NCBI GenBank assembly: GCA_016928455.1
Contig: JAFGKP010000123.1
Span: forward strand, 1-36,470
DNA length: 36,470 bases
Source of the DNA: Methanomicrobia archaeon
Lineage (GTDB): Archaea > Halobacteriota > Syntropharchaeia > Alkanophagales > Methanospirareceae
Direction: 5' to 3'
Under the pieces are notes generated by a model. That model saw only the letters and a program-made list of their open reading frames with translations, ran no database searches and was not told the DNA's origin. Positions 7,821 to 17,897 of the stretch are shown here, piece after piece (position 1 is the stretch's first letter; each line of letters starts with the position of its first letter). The position numbers were made by a program, and so were the translations under genes.

Positions 7821-9812
7821 GTGATGAACGAGTCTGAATATGTCCGGCATTTCACCGAACTGGTAGAGCTAGAGCGGGTGGAGCAGATGCGGCAGCACGA
7901 GCAGGAGATGCGGCGATTGAGCGGACGTGAGCGCGAGTCAAAAGGCCGGGCGTTCCTGGAGCTGCGGGGCAAATCGCAGGATCTGGGCCTGGGCGGTAAG
8001 CATCTGGTGCGGTTCAGAAAGCAGGTTACCGGGCAGCTGTTACCGGAGAGCGAGATCGAGGTTGGCGACCTCGTGCTGGTGAGCTCTGCGGACGGCCATC
8101 CGTGGGATGAGGATAATCCGACGGGGACCGTAGCAGAGAAGACCGCGCACGCGATTACCGTTGCGTTCGACGAGCCGCCGCCGGGCTTTGTATATCGCAA
8201 GGACCTCAGAATAGATCTCTTTGTCAATGACCTCACCTTTCACCGGATGTTTGAGGCGTTGCAGCGCTTCAAACGTCTGCCACGCGCGCGTAAGGAGACG
8301 CTGCTGGGGCTCGCGTCACCGCACTTCGCACCGATTACCGCAATTACGTTCTACAACGAGCAATTGAACGAGAGTCAAGCAGCAGCAGTGCTGCAGTGCC
8401 TGGCGGCACGTGATTTCTTCCTCATTCATGGGCCACCGGGCACGGGCAAGACGATTACCTGTATCGAAGTGGTTTTACAACTGATCAGTCGTGGCGAACG
8501 GATTCTGGCTGCTGCGGACTCGAATATCGCGGTTGACAACCTGGTAGAGCGGCTGGATAAAGCTGGTGTAAACGTTGTTCGCGTCGGCCATCCTGCACGT
8601 GTCATCCCGTCATTGCGTGAGCGGAGTTTGGATTATCGGGTGCAGGACGATCCTGATTATAAGCAGGCACAGGAGCTGCGGGAGCGTGCGATGGCGTTGA
8701 AAGCGAACACGGACGGGGGTGTTGTACCCGAGCTGCGCTGGCGCCGCGGCCTGAGCAACGAGGCGATCATAGAGCTTGCACGGCAGGGGCGATCGGTGCG
8801 CGGAATACCCGTGGCGAAACTGAAAGGGATGCAGAAGTGGCTGAAGGTGAAGCAGCAGATAGATAAACTATTCGCCATGGCGCGCGACCTGGAAGAGCTC
8901 GCGATCAACCGGGTCATCAGGGATGCGGACGTGGTGTGCGCGACGAACAGCACGGCGGGCTCGGAGATACTCAGGGGTGTGAAGTTCGATGTCGCGGTCA
9001 TTGACGAGGCGACGCAATCTACCGAGCCCTCGGCGTTGATCCCCGTGCTGAAGGCGAAGCGGTTCATCATGGCAGGCGACCACAAGCAGCTGCCCCCGAC
9101 GGTCCTGAACGAAGCAGCAGCGCGGGACAGCCTGAGCAGGAGCTTATTCGAGCGGTTGTTGCAGGCCTATGGCGACCGGATACGGGCGATGCTCGAGATT
9201 CAGTACCGGATGAACGAGGAGATCCAGGCCTTCCCGAATCAGGAATTTTACCAGGGCAAACTTCGCGCTTTTGATGCGGTGCGAGGGCGCACGTTGCGAG
9301 CGCTCATCCCGGCATCAAAGGACACGATCCTTGAGGCTGATGATCTCATACCATTCCTGTTCCTGGACACCCAGGGCCATGACCGGTATAAAGAACGAAC
9401 ACGGCCTGGCTCGACCTCGAAGGAGAATCCCGGCGAGGCGCGATTGGTGCGAGGCATTGCGGAACATCTGATAGATCTTGGCCTATCGCCCGAGGAGATC
9501 GCGATCATCTCGCCCTATGACGATCAGGTCTCGCTCATGAAATCACAGCTCAGGGTCGACGGGCTGGAGATAAAGACCGTTGACGGGTTCCAGGGCAGGG
9601 AGAAGGAGGCGGTTATCGTCTCCTTTGTGCGCAGCAACGAACGGGGAGAGCTCGGCTTTCTCAGTGATCTGCGACGGCTTAACGTCTCTATTACGCGTGC
9701 GAAACGGAAACTGGTTTGTATCGGCGATGCAACGACGCTGGAGCGCAGCGGCTGCTACCGGCGGTTGATCGAGTCGGCGAAGGCACGCGGCGCGTACAGA
9801 ACAGTGTCATAA
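7821..9812 (+). CDS. SF1B (IGHMBP2/SMUBP-2/Upf1-like) helicase
   Basis: LNESQ, HGPPGTGKT, SNIAVDNL, IDEATQ, GDHKQLPP, QYRMN, TVDGFQGREKE and RRLNVSITRAK motifs. Confidence 0.96.
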   Translation: MMNESEYVRHFTELVELERVEQMRQHEQEMRRLSGRERESKGRAFLELRGKSQDLGLGGKHLVRFRKQVTGQLLPESEIEVGDLVLVSSADGHPWDEDNPTGTVAEKTAHAITVAFDEPPPGFVYRKDLRIDLFVNDLTFHRMFEALQRFKRLPRARKETLLGLASPHFAPITAITFYNEQLNESQAAAVLQCLAARDFFLIHGPPGTGKTITCIEVVLQLISRGERILAAADSNIAVDNLVERLDKAGVNVVRVGHPARVIPSLRERSLDYRVQDDPDYKQAQELRERAMALKANTDGGVVPELRWRRGLSNEAIIELARQGRSVRGIPVAKLKGMQKWLKVKQQIDKLFAMARDLEELAINRVIRDADVVCATNSTAGSEILRGVKFDVAVIDEATQSTEPSALIPVLKAKRFIMAGDHKQLPPTVLNEAAARDSLSRSLFERLLQAYGDRIRAMLEIQYRMNEEIQAFPNQEFYQGKLRAFDAVRGRTLRALIPASKDTILEADDLIPFLFLDTQGHDRYKERTRPGSTSKENPGEARLVRGIAEHLIDLGLSPEEIAIISPYDDQVSLMKSQLRVDGLEIKTVDGFQGREKEAVIVSFVRSNERGELGFLSDLRRLNVSITRAKRKLVCIGDATTLERSGCYRRLIESAKARGAYRTVS

Positions 9813-9834
9813 TGAACGAGCTCTTTGCGCGCGT

Positions 9835-10050
9835 TCAGTCCTTTCGCTCGATCTCCACAACCTTCTTCCTGCTCGTCGCACCGGCAACGATCCGCACGTT
9901 AGCGTTGAAGTGGTGAGCGAGCAGATTAATGACCGCTTTATTAGCCTTGCCTTTTGTGGGCGGCGCCTTTACCCGCACGATGAGCGGTTCGGCCTCGATG
10001 ACCTCATCTGCTGGTGAATTGGGGATGACCTTGATTGTCCTCCGCTCCAT
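9835..10050 (-). CDS. DUF167 (UPF0235/YggU) protein
   Basis: IKVIPNS...VRVKAPPTKGKANKAVI...IVAGATSRKKVV; start moved to MERRT at 10050. Confidence 0.9.
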   Translation of the reverse strand: MERRTIKVIPNSPADEVIEAEPLIVRVKAPPTKGKANKAVINLLAHHFNANVRIVAGATSRKKVVEIERKD

Positions 10051-10131
10051 TACGAATGAGGTAGGTGCGGTAAGGGATTTAAAGGATAACGATCTTGGTT
10101 GAGAGCAGTAAGGCGAGCACATTGGTGAGCG

Positions 10132-10416
10132 ATGGAAGGAGTGGTAAGGGCGCACGTGGTGGTCTCCGGGCGTGTACAGGGTGTTTATTTTCGCTACGCG
10201 ACCAGAGAGGAAGCGTCATTGCGCGGTGTAAAGGGCTGGGTTCGCAACCTCGCTGATGGCCGTGTGGAAGCGATCTTTGAGGGCGATGAGGTGAAAGTGG
10301 AAGAGCTGATAGACTTCTGTCATTACGGCACGCCGGACGCAAAAGTCTCCTCGGTCGAGGTTACCTGGGAGGAGTACACGGGCGAGTTCAAGGAGTTCTC
10401 CATCCGCTATCGGTAA
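10132..10416 (+). CDS. acyP: Acylphosphatase
   Basis: VSGRVQGVYFR and GWVRNLADGRVEA signature motifs. Confidence 0.95.
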   Translation: MEGVVRAHVVVSGRVQGVYFRYATREEASLRGVKGWVRNLADGRVEAIFEGDEVKVEELIDFCHYGTPDAKVSSVEVTWEEYTGEFKEFSIRYR

Positions 10417-10460
10417 GGTCTCAGAGCCTTTTCCCGGTACCCGCTCCGTATACGCGAGCG

Positions 10461-10943
10461 TTATGGTGCAAAGACGCTGATGAGATCGTCACGCGCGATG
10501 ACCCCGACGAGCTTCCCCGCATCATCGACCACCGGTATGCGGTTGAAATCGTGTTTATGCATGATACGTGCGGCGTCCGAGATGGATGCTTCAGACGTGA
10601 TAGTGACAGGCTTTCGCGTCATCACGTCCTTCACGAGCCCCTCGAAGAGCGCATTGATCTCCTCAGGGATTCGCTTCACCTTGCTCATGTAGGCAGTGAG
10701 CGAGAAGACGGGGAAGGGGTTGAGCGGGTCAATATCGGGGAACGGCACGGATGCGGTTAGTTTCATGATGTCCGCTTCACTGATCACGCCGACCACGTTC
10801 CGGTCTTCATCGATCACCGGTGCGCCGCTGATATGATGCATGTGGAGCGTCCTCGCGACGTGCCGTATGGTATCCTCGGGCCGGAATGCGATGACCGCGG
10901 TGGTCATGAGCTCGTGAACTGTTTTGGCTGCTTTGGATGCCAT
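10461..10943 (-). CDS. CBS-pair domain protein
   Basis: Two CBS repeats (ISGAPVID...GVISEAD; FNRIPVVD...GVIARDD). Confidence 0.92.
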   Translation of the reverse strand: MASKAAKTVHELMTTAVIAFRPEDTIRHVARTLHMHHISGAPVIDEDRNVVGVISEADIMKLTASVPFPDIDPLNPFPVFSLTAYMSKVKRIPEEINALFEGLVKDVMTRKPVTITSEASISDAARIMHKHDFNRIPVVDDAGKLVGVIARDDLISVFAP

Positions 10944-10951
10944 TGCGTTCG

Positions 10952-11428
10952 TTATTCCACCTCCACCTGCTCGTAGAGCGATGCGAGTATATCGGCGCGC
11001 GTAACAATGCCGACCAGTGCGCCGGTCTCGTCGAGCACGGGCAAGCGATTGAAGCCGGTAAGGTACATGATCTGTGCCGCGTCATCGATCAGAGTATCCG
11101 GCGAGACCGTCTCGGGCGCCTTCGACATGATCTCTCGGATACGGGTCGCACCGGCGTTCTCGATATCCTGCTGGATGTCCTGGGGCTCTTTCTGATGGAG
11201 CTGCAAGATGTCAAGCGTGGTGAGGATGGGGGTGTACCAGCGGTAGGTATCGAGGAGCTTCAAGATGTCCGCTTCACTCACGACGCCCACGAGCTCCTTG
11301 CGCTCGTTCAGCACCGGCGCGCCCGCGACCTTTTTCGTCTTGAAGACCTGGGCGACCTCGCGCACCGAATCGTCCTCCTGTACCGTGATCACGTCCCGGG
11401 TCATTATCTCCGCAACTTTTTCTTTCAT
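10952..11428 (-). CDS. CBS-pair domain protein (tandem paralog)
   Basis: VAGAPVLN...GVVSEAD and FNRLPVLD...GIVTRAD; start moved to MKEKVAEIM at 11428 (AGGTG upstream). Confidence 0.92.
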   Translation of the reverse strand: MKEKVAEIMTRDVITVQEDDSVREVAQVFKTKKVAGAPVLNERKELVGVVSEADILKLLDTYRWYTPILTTLDILQLHQKEPQDIQQDIENAGATRIREIMSKAPETVSPDTLIDDAAQIMYLTGFNRLPVLDETGALVGIVTRADILASLYEQVEVE

Positions 11429-11510
11429 TTTAGTAACGCACCTGCCTGCGTTCGATACCAGGGGGGTTTTTGATTTTGATTCGCGTTCGTTCGTTCTTTC
11501 TTTCGTTCGT

Positions 11511-12179
11511 TCACATACCGCTCTGGAGCCCGATGGCTTTCCGAATGACCTGTGCGATGGGAATGGAGCAGACCATGTACCAGAACACCCAGTAGGGTAG
11601 TCCGAGGACGAAGCGTGCGGCAAGCTCCTTCTCGCCCATGAGCGGGAAGAGCACGGAGCCGATGGATGCGATATCAACGTAGCGCCAGATCCACATGAAG
11701 ATAGGGATGGTGATGATCCCGATGTACGCCATGGGCTTCATCTGCTGCCGGAACATCTCGCCGGAGAACTGCGTCTGTTTGCGCATGATCTCCTCCTTCT
11801 TCTTCTCCAGCTTCTTCATGAGGGTCTTGTTGTTCGTTCGTTTCGCCTCCAGCAGCTCTTTCTGCAGCTCCCGAACCTGCTTCTGATATTCCTTCGACTT
11901 CGCCATCAGGTCCCAGTTCATCGTATACTTCTGGACCACGGTCGTATACATGCCGGTAATGACCGAGAGAATGAGGATCGTAATGAGGAAATGATTCACG
12001 CCAACTGCGTCCGCGAGCGGATCGAGCACGACACCCAGCGCGCTTCCGAGCCCTTCGCGTAGGCCGGGAATGATGATAATCCCGAAGAGTATAAAGAACC
12101 CGAGCGCCATGAGCGCGCTCTCAAGGAGCTTCTTCATCCGCTCTTTCTGCTGCTGCGCGACGCGCTCTTTACTCACCAT
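11511..12179 (-). CDS. DUF106 / EMC3-TMCO1 (Oxa1-superfamily) membrane protein
   Basis: TM, coiled coil, QQMKPMAYIGIITIPIFMW, and WVFWYMVCSIPIAQVIRKAIG. Confidence 0.9.
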   Translation of the reverse strand: MVSKERVAQQQKERMKKLLESALMALGFFILFGIIIIPGLREGLGSALGVVLDPLADAVGVNHFLITILILSVITGMYTTVVQKYTMNWDLMAKSKEYQKQVRELQKELLEAKRTNNKTLMKKLEKKKEEIMRKQTQFSGEMFRQQMKPMAYIGIITIPIFMWIWRYVDIASIGSVLFPLMGEKELAARFVLGLPYWVFWYMVCSIPIAQVIRKAIGLQSGM

Positions 12180-12544
12180 TTGTAACGCACTTACTCCGCG
12201 TTATAGCAGTACAAAAGCGAAGTATTTAAACTTTTTCTGACCGCTAGAACGGTTTTTTTCAGCGTGCTTACCGCTGGACGTTCACCCGAATTCACGGGTA
12301 ATAACTACTGAACTAAGCTATCACGCCCTCTATTCCCTTTTTGCGGAGCAGCAGGTGGTTATGTACCGTTTAGGAAAAAAGGAGTGTTTTTTGGGGTATC
12401 CTGGTTATTCTGCTCTTCCGCGCTTAGCTCGCCTCGCTTCTCCGTACCATAGACCGATTGGATTCCCGGCTCTGGTTTGTCACCAACGGGTAACCAATAC
12501 GTCTTTTCTCTGAGCGTTACCAACTATCCGAGCATCTCACCGTA

Positions 12545-12552
12545 CTTATATA
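12545..12552 (+). promoter_or_regulatory. Putative TATA box of the S8 protease gene
   Basis: CTTATATA about 90 nt upstream of ATG 12638. Confidence 0.45.
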
Positions 12553-12637
12553 CTACTCGTCCACTTCATTCACTGTGATTAATCAAACAACTCGTGCTGC
12601 TCTGTTATGGTGGTAGCGACGTCGGGGGTTACAAGGG

Positions 12638-15600
12638 ATGAAGATGACTGCATCATGGTCGAAGAAAGGCAAGGTGGTGTGGGGGTTATTTGCAGTTGTG
12701 CTGCTTTTCACGAGTGTATTCGCTGCGCTGGCCGCACCGGATTTTGAAAGCGCGGAACTATCCGCATCAGGCGTGCCTGAAGCCCCGACGCGAATTCCCC
12801 GGACAGTAGATAGGGCTCATTCATCTGTTATTGCGCCAGCGCCTTCTGTTAGCTATGCTACAGCCACTATTTCAGAAGCGTCTGAATTCGTGCCTGGCGA
12901 GGTAATTGTTAAATTCAAGCAGCATGTACGATTCACGATCACACAACAATCGGATGGGATCGTTACCACAGGGATTAGATCACTAGATGCACTGAACACG
13001 CGCTATAACGTTATGGAACAGACAAACGTGTTTGAATCCGCAGAAAAGTACGTTTCGGCAGAAATCCCGGATCTTACCACTATTTACGTACTCACTTTTC
13101 CGCAAGACGCTGATATTCTCTCGATTATTACTGAGTATCAGAAGGACCGGAATGTTGAATATGCCGAGCCAAATTATATCAGAAAGGCGAGTGCCATCCC
13201 GAATGACCCTGTTTATCCTGGTCAGTGGGCACACCAGCTTATGTGGTCAGAGCAGGCATGGAACATTACACGGGGAAATAACGACGTTGTTATTGCGATT
13301 ATTGATACCGGTGTTGACTGGAATCATCCTGACCTTGCGGCAAATATATGGACAAATCAGGGCGAACTACCTGTAAACGGGATAGATGACGATGGCAACG
13401 GTTTTATTGACGATATTAGGGGCTGGGATTTCGTTGATACAGACGATTTGTCATGTGATGATGTTGATTGTTCTGACAGAGATAATGATCCCATGGATTT
13501 TGATGGCCATGGCACGCATTGTGCAGGGATAGCGGGCGCGGTAACTGACAATGGCATTGGCGTCGCGGGCATGGCCTGGAATTGCTCGATTATGACTGTT
13601 CGTGCTGGCTACCGCGCAGGTACTACTGCGTATTTAGAGGATCTTGATATAGCTGCTGCGATAGTATACGCAACGGACAACGGCGCGGATGTTATCAGTA
13701 TGAGTTTTTATGCTCCTGCTGTTTCAAACGTACTCCAGGATGCAATAACTTACGCAACTGCGAATGGGCTCGAATATGAACTAGGCGATGCTTCTACAAA
13801 CGGCATTGTATTCGTGGCTGCGGCGGGAAATGATAATTCAGACAGTATCACGTATCCCGCGGGTTATGATGACGTTATTGCGGTTGCAGCCACCAATCAA
13901 AGTGACGGGAAAACGGATTTTACGAGTTATGGCTCATGGGTAGATGTTGCTGCGCCCGGTTTTGACATACTCAGCACCTATTTCGATGACGCGTATGAGG
14001 TACTGTGCGGAACCTCGATGTCAACCCCGTACGTTGCAGGTTTGGCAGGACTTATTCTCTCAAAGAACCCGAGTTTTACACCGGACGAGGTAACCTCAAT
14101 CCTGCACAGTACCACAGATCCCGTAACCGCTTCCGAGTATATAGGTATTGGCAGGATAAACGCTTACAAAGCGCTTCAAATCAACTCGATACCCATAGCA
14201 ACGTTAGATCCGTCACTGGATGATGCAAAGGTTCGCGGTAGTATTGGCATTATCGGCACTGCTGCAGGCGCACATTTCCAGAATTACACGGTGGAGTACG
14301 GTGTGGGGATTTATCCGACGAGTTGGACAGCAATAACCGCATCCACCACACCTGTTATTAACGACACTCTCGCAACATGGTATGCAATCCCAGGAACAGT
14401 AAGCATCAGATTACGTGTAACAGACACTTTTGGTACCACAAGTGAAGATCGAGTTGTTATACATGCATCGTCAGGTAGCGCTGTAAGTTATGTACCAGAC
14501 AATTTTACAACAATTCGAGAAGCAGTAGTTGCCGCATGGGACGGAGACACGATCATCGTGCGTGATGGCACGTACACCGAAAACGTAGATGTAACCGTGA
14601 ATAATCTTACGATTCGGTCAGAGAACGGTTCTGCCCTTTGTCTTGTGCAAGCAGCAAATGCAAACGATCACGTGTTTGAGGTAACAGCAGATAATGTCGT
14701 CATCCGTGGATTCACGACAAAGAATGCAAAATACCCAAAGGCGGGCGTGTATCTTTCAGGTGCTAAGTACGGTGAAGTTGCAGATAACACTGTGTCAGGC
14801 AATTACCACGGTATTTATCTTTCTTCTTCGTGCTACAATAACTCTCTTACCAACAACACTGTCCAGAACAATTACTATGGCATTCGCCTGTATTCTTCGA
14901 GCAACAACAACCTGACGAACAACACAGTCAACTCGAACATTTACGACGGCATTAAGCTATCTTATTCGAGCAACAACAACTTGATGGGCAACACGGCCTC
15001 GAACAATGACGACGGTATTGGGCTGGGCTATTCGAGCAACTACAATATTCTGACTGACAACATTGTCACGAACAACGACGACGGCATTGGGCTGTATGCT
15101 TCAAGCAACTACAATATTCTGACAGGCAACACCGCCACCTCAAATACTAACTGCGGCATTTACCGGTCTTCTTCAAACAACAACCGCATTTATAATAACT
15201 ACTTCAACAACACGAATAACGCCAGGGACGATGGCACCAACGTCTGGAACATCACGCAGACCGAGGGCAGGAACATACTCGGCGGTCCCTATTTGGGCGG
15301 CAATTACTGGAGCGATTATAACGGCACCGATGCAGATGGCGATGGGCTCGGTGATACGCCGTATGATATCCCCGGCGGCACGAACAAGGATTACCACCCA
15401 TTAGTAACGATAGTGGCACAGCACCTATTTGATACGGGGAAGGGCGACTATCCGAGCCTCGCGGGATTACATACTGGTACAATTAAGCTAACGCAAACGG
15501 TCACGGTATCCACACTTTACACGTACCCCTGCAACGGCACCGGCGGGCATACCGAATATGTTAAACTTTGGAGAGGCTCGGAAGTAATCGCTGAGAAGAC

Positions 15601-15844
15601 GTGGAACGGCTACGTGGGTGACTGGTATAACCGCTCATTCGACACCTCGTTCACGATCTACGCGGGCATGACCTATAACTACACCATTCGCACGAGTTCG
15701 TATCCGCAGATCATCCATAATAGCACACTACTCACCGATAACGGCTGGATAACTTGCACTGGGTTCACGGATGCGAATGGTCGCAGGTACGATAACTGGA
15801 TACCTGCGATACGACTGTGGGCAGATCAGGGAGGGGAGCGTTGA
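12638..15844 (+). CDS. Secreted S8 (subtilisin-like) serine protease with NosD-like beta-helix repeats and a C-terminal surface-protein domain
   Basis: Signal peptide; propeptide ending VEYAEPNY; catalytic IIDTG, HGTHCAG, AAAGN and GTSMS; repeated GI.L..SSNN.L..N units; GGNYWSDY..D.DGDG.GD; C-terminal YPQIIH...WIPAIRL domain. Confidence 0.95.
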   Translation: MKMTASWSKKGKVVWGLFAVVLLFTSVFAALAAPDFESAELSASGVPEAPTRIPRTVDRAHSSVIAPAPSVSYATATISEASEFVPGEVIVKFKQHVRFTITQQSDGIVTTGIRSLDALNTRYNVMEQTNVFESAEKYVSAEIPDLTTIYVLTFPQDADILSIITEYQKDRNVEYAEPNYIRKASAIPNDPVYPGQWAHQLMWSEQAWNITRGNNDVVIAIIDTGVDWNHPDLAANIWTNQGELPVNGIDDDGNGFIDDIRGWDFVDTDDLSCDDVDCSDRDNDPMDFDGHGTHCAGIAGAVTDNGIGVAGMAWNCSIMTVRAGYRAGTTAYLEDLDIAAAIVYATDNGADVISMSFYAPAVSNVLQDAITYATANGLEYELGDASTNGIVFVAAAGNDNSDSITYPAGYDDVIAVAATNQSDGKTDFTSYGSWVDVAAPGFDILSTYFDDAYEVLCGTSMSTPYVAGLAGLILSKNPSFTPDEVTSILHSTTDPVTASEYIGIGRINAYKALQINSIPIATLDPSLDDAKVRGSIGIIGTAAGAHFQNYTVEYGVGIYPTSWTAITASTTPVINDTLATWYAIPGTVSIRLRVTDTFGTTSEDRVVIHASSGSAVSYVPDNFTTIREAVVAAWDGDTIIVRDGTYTENVDVTVNNLTIRSENGSALCLVQAANANDHVFEVTADNVVIRGFTTKNAKYPKAGVYLSGAKYGEVADNTVSGNYHGIYLSSSCYNNSLTNNTVQNNYYGIRLYSSSNNNLTNNTVNSNIYDGIKLSYSSNNNLMGNTASNNDDGIGLGYSSNYNILTDNIVTNNDDGIGLYASSNYNILTGNTATSNTNCGIYRSSSNNNRIYNNYFNNTNNARDDGTNVWNITQTEGRNILGGPYLGGNYWSDYNGTDADGDGLGDTPYDIPGGTNKDYHPLVTIVAQHLFDTGKGDYPSLAGLHTGTIKLTQTVTVSTLYTYPCNGTGGHTEYVKLWRGSEVIAEKTWNGYVGDWYNRSFDTSFTIYAGMTYNYTIRTSSYPQIIHNSTLLTDNGWITCTGFTDANGRRYDNWIPAIRLWADQGGER

Positions 15845-15869
15845 TACGAGGAGTCGGGCCTCTTCTAGC

Positions 15870-16019
15870 TACATCTATACAATCGTTACGGGCTCATATC
15901 CGCAGCTTATCCATCGGCATGAATACAACGCAACGGGTGGTATCATAACCTGCGAGGAGTTCGTGGACAGCAACGGCAAGCGGCACGAGGGGTGGATACC
16001 GGCTATTAAGCTGCAGTGA
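15870..16019 (+). pseudogene. Orphan copy of the C-terminal 49 aa of the protease's terminal domain
   Basis: YIYTIVTGSYPQLIH...WIPAIKLQ* versus YNYTIRTSSYPQIIH...WIPAIRLW (15674-15820): 26/49 identical, no gaps, no credible start of its own. Confidence 0.8.
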
Positions 16020-16111
16020 GCAGACGTGATCGAAGCGCAATCAACGCCCCTTAACCAGACGCACACCCGTCACGCGCGCTGCTATTCCCTGTTCCGCCCG
16101 TGACGTGATAT

Positions 16112-16975
16112 TCACGATGTCCCGGGTGCGTATTCACGTATCATGCGCTCCAGTACCGCGGCGGTGGATGCGTGCATGAGGAGCGCCTCGGTGAGTCGAG
16201 CGACGATATGCCGCTTTGCGTACTCGTCCTCCACGAAGCTGATCTCCGGATAGGTAACGTTTGCGAGTACGAGCCCGTAGGGCGGTGCAGGCTCGATCGC
16301 TTCGGTTATTTCGCGTTCCAGCAGCGCGTCCACCCATTCACAGGCTCTACTCCCGCGTCCGACCAGTGTCAGTGCGGTAACGATCTTCCGCACCATCTTG
16401 CGGAGGAAGCTGTTGGCCGCGATCTCAATGGTAATGAACGAGCTGTTAGCGTCATGTGAAATCTCGAGCCGCGTTATCTCGCGGATGGGCGAAAAATGTT
16501 CGGCTTCCTGCTCGTGATGCCCGGGCGCCTGCGCGAAATTAGAGAAGTCGTGCGTGCCGATAAAGCGCGCCGCAGCGTCCTGTATGCGCGCGACATCCAG
16601 GTCCGTGTTCGGCGGCGCGTAAAGGTAATAGCGATACGTGCGGCTGAGTGCGTCTTTGCGTGCGTTAAACGATGGAGTGGACGGCTTTGCGAGCCCGAAG
16701 ACCCAGATATCTCTGGGCAGCATGCTGTTGATCATGCGCGGGCTGAGGTTGCGCTGCGCGGTATCGAAGGAGAGGACCTGCGCGAAAGCGTGCACGCCCT
16801 TGTCCGTCCGTCCGGCTGCGGCATAGTTCGCGATTGCGCGATCTTCAATGATCTGAAGCGCGGTCAGAGCCTCGAAGAGCGCGCCCTCGATCGTCGGTAC
16901 GGCCGACTGCGGCTGCACCTGAAACCCGTGATAGTGCGTGCCGAGGTACCCGATTTTGAGTGCTATTCGCTCCAT
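16112..16975 (-). CDS. truA: tRNA pseudouridine(38-40) synthase
   Basis: IGYLGTHYHGFQVQP, AGRTDKGVHA, FNARKDALSRTYRY, GTHDFSNF and SFLRKMVR motifs. Confidence 0.96.
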   Translation of the reverse strand: MERIALKIGYLGTHYHGFQVQPQSAVPTIEGALFEALTALQIIEDRAIANYAAAGRTDKGVHAFAQVLSFDTAQRNLSPRMINSMLPRDIWVFGLAKPSTPSFNARKDALSRTYRYYLYAPPNTDLDVARIQDAAARFIGTHDFSNFAQAPGHHEQEAEHFSPIREITRLEISHDANSSFITIEIAANSFLRKMVRKIVTALTLVGRGSRACEWVDALLEREITEAIEPAPPYGLVLANVTYPEISFVEDEYAKRHIVARLTEALLMHASTAAVLERMIREYAPGTS

Positions 16976-17114
16976 GGTGGTTAGGGGGACGGCCCTTTAA
17001 GATAGACGTTTGTTAACTTAACGCCCGTCGTGTTTTTTTTTAGCGTTTTTCAGCTATGATGTTATTTTAATAGATTAGCTAGCCTGGCGAGCGTAAAAGA
17101 GGAGCGCTTATTCT

Positions 17115-17897
17115 ATGGACGTGCGTGTGATCCTGGTGGAGCCGAAGCTGGCGGAGAATATCGGTGCGGTGGCGCGTGTGCTGAAGAATTTCGGGTTCAG
17201 TGAGCTGTATCTGGTGAACCCGCCGGCGTTCGATGAGAAGATGTTCTGGGTCGCCTCGCATGCCGATGACGTGCTCAGGGCAAGCACCGTGGTGAGCAGT
17301 CTGGATGATGCGATTGCGGGCACGAACCTCGTGGTGGGCACGACGGCGAAGACCGGTATCTCGGCAAGCAGACATCTACGCAAGCCGCTGTTCTCGCCCC
17401 GTGAGCTGGTTGCGACGCTGGCGGACGGAGGAGCTGGAGGCGGGTTGCTCGCGCTGCTCTTCGGGCCTGAGGATAGAGGGCTCCTGAACGATGAGCTGGT
17501 GCACTGCGATCTCCTGGTCTCCATACCGACGAGTACGGCGTATCCCGTGCTGAATCTCTCGCATGCTGTCGCGATCGTGCTGTACGAACTGTACGAGGGG
17601 CAGGAGCAGCAGAAGTGCGAGCAGGGAAGTAGTCTGGAGCAGCAGCAACCGGCACTGGCAGCGGTAGCGGACAAGGAGCGACTGTTTGAGCATCTCAGCA
17701 GGTTCCTGGAGGAGATCGAGTATCGCGCGCACAAGCGGGCGCGGACCATGCTCATGCTCCGGCGGCTCCTGGGCCGGGCGGTGCTAACCGCGCGCGAGGT
17801 GCGTACGCTGCGCGGCATCCTGAGGAGCGCGGAGCGCAAGCTGCGTGAACAGGAACGGGAACGAGAACGGGAACGAGAACGGCGCGAGCAGCGGTAA
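17115..17897 (+). CDS. trmJ: tRNA (cytidine/uridine-32 2'-O)-methyltransferase, SPOUT TrmJ/LasT family
   Basis: VILVEP...NIGAVARVLKNFG, LFGPEDRGLLNDEL, IPTSTAYPVLNLSHAV and EVRTLRGIL. Confidence 0.92.
   Translation: MDVRVILVEPKLAENIGAVARVLKNFGFSELYLVNPPAFDEKMFWVASHADDVLRASTVVSSLDDAIAGTNLVVGTTAKTGISASRHLRKPLFSPRELVATLADGGAGGGLLALLFGPEDRGLLNDELVHCDLLVSIPTSTAYPVLNLSHAVAIVLYELYEGQEQQKCEQGSSLEQQQPALAAVADKERLFEHLSRFLEEIEYRAHKRARTMLMLRRLLGRAVLTAREVRTLRGILRSAERKLREQERERERERERREQR
17847..17882 (+). repeat. Hexanucleotide repeat encoding the EQ(ER)5 tail of TrmJ
   Basis: gaacag gaacgg gaacga gaacgg gaacga gaacgg. Confidence 0.8.

Noticed and set aside
15674-16019. Possible DGR variable/template repeat pair at the protease C-terminus
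   Set aside because: Differences are numerous and not adenine-specific, and there is no reverse transcriptase in the window.
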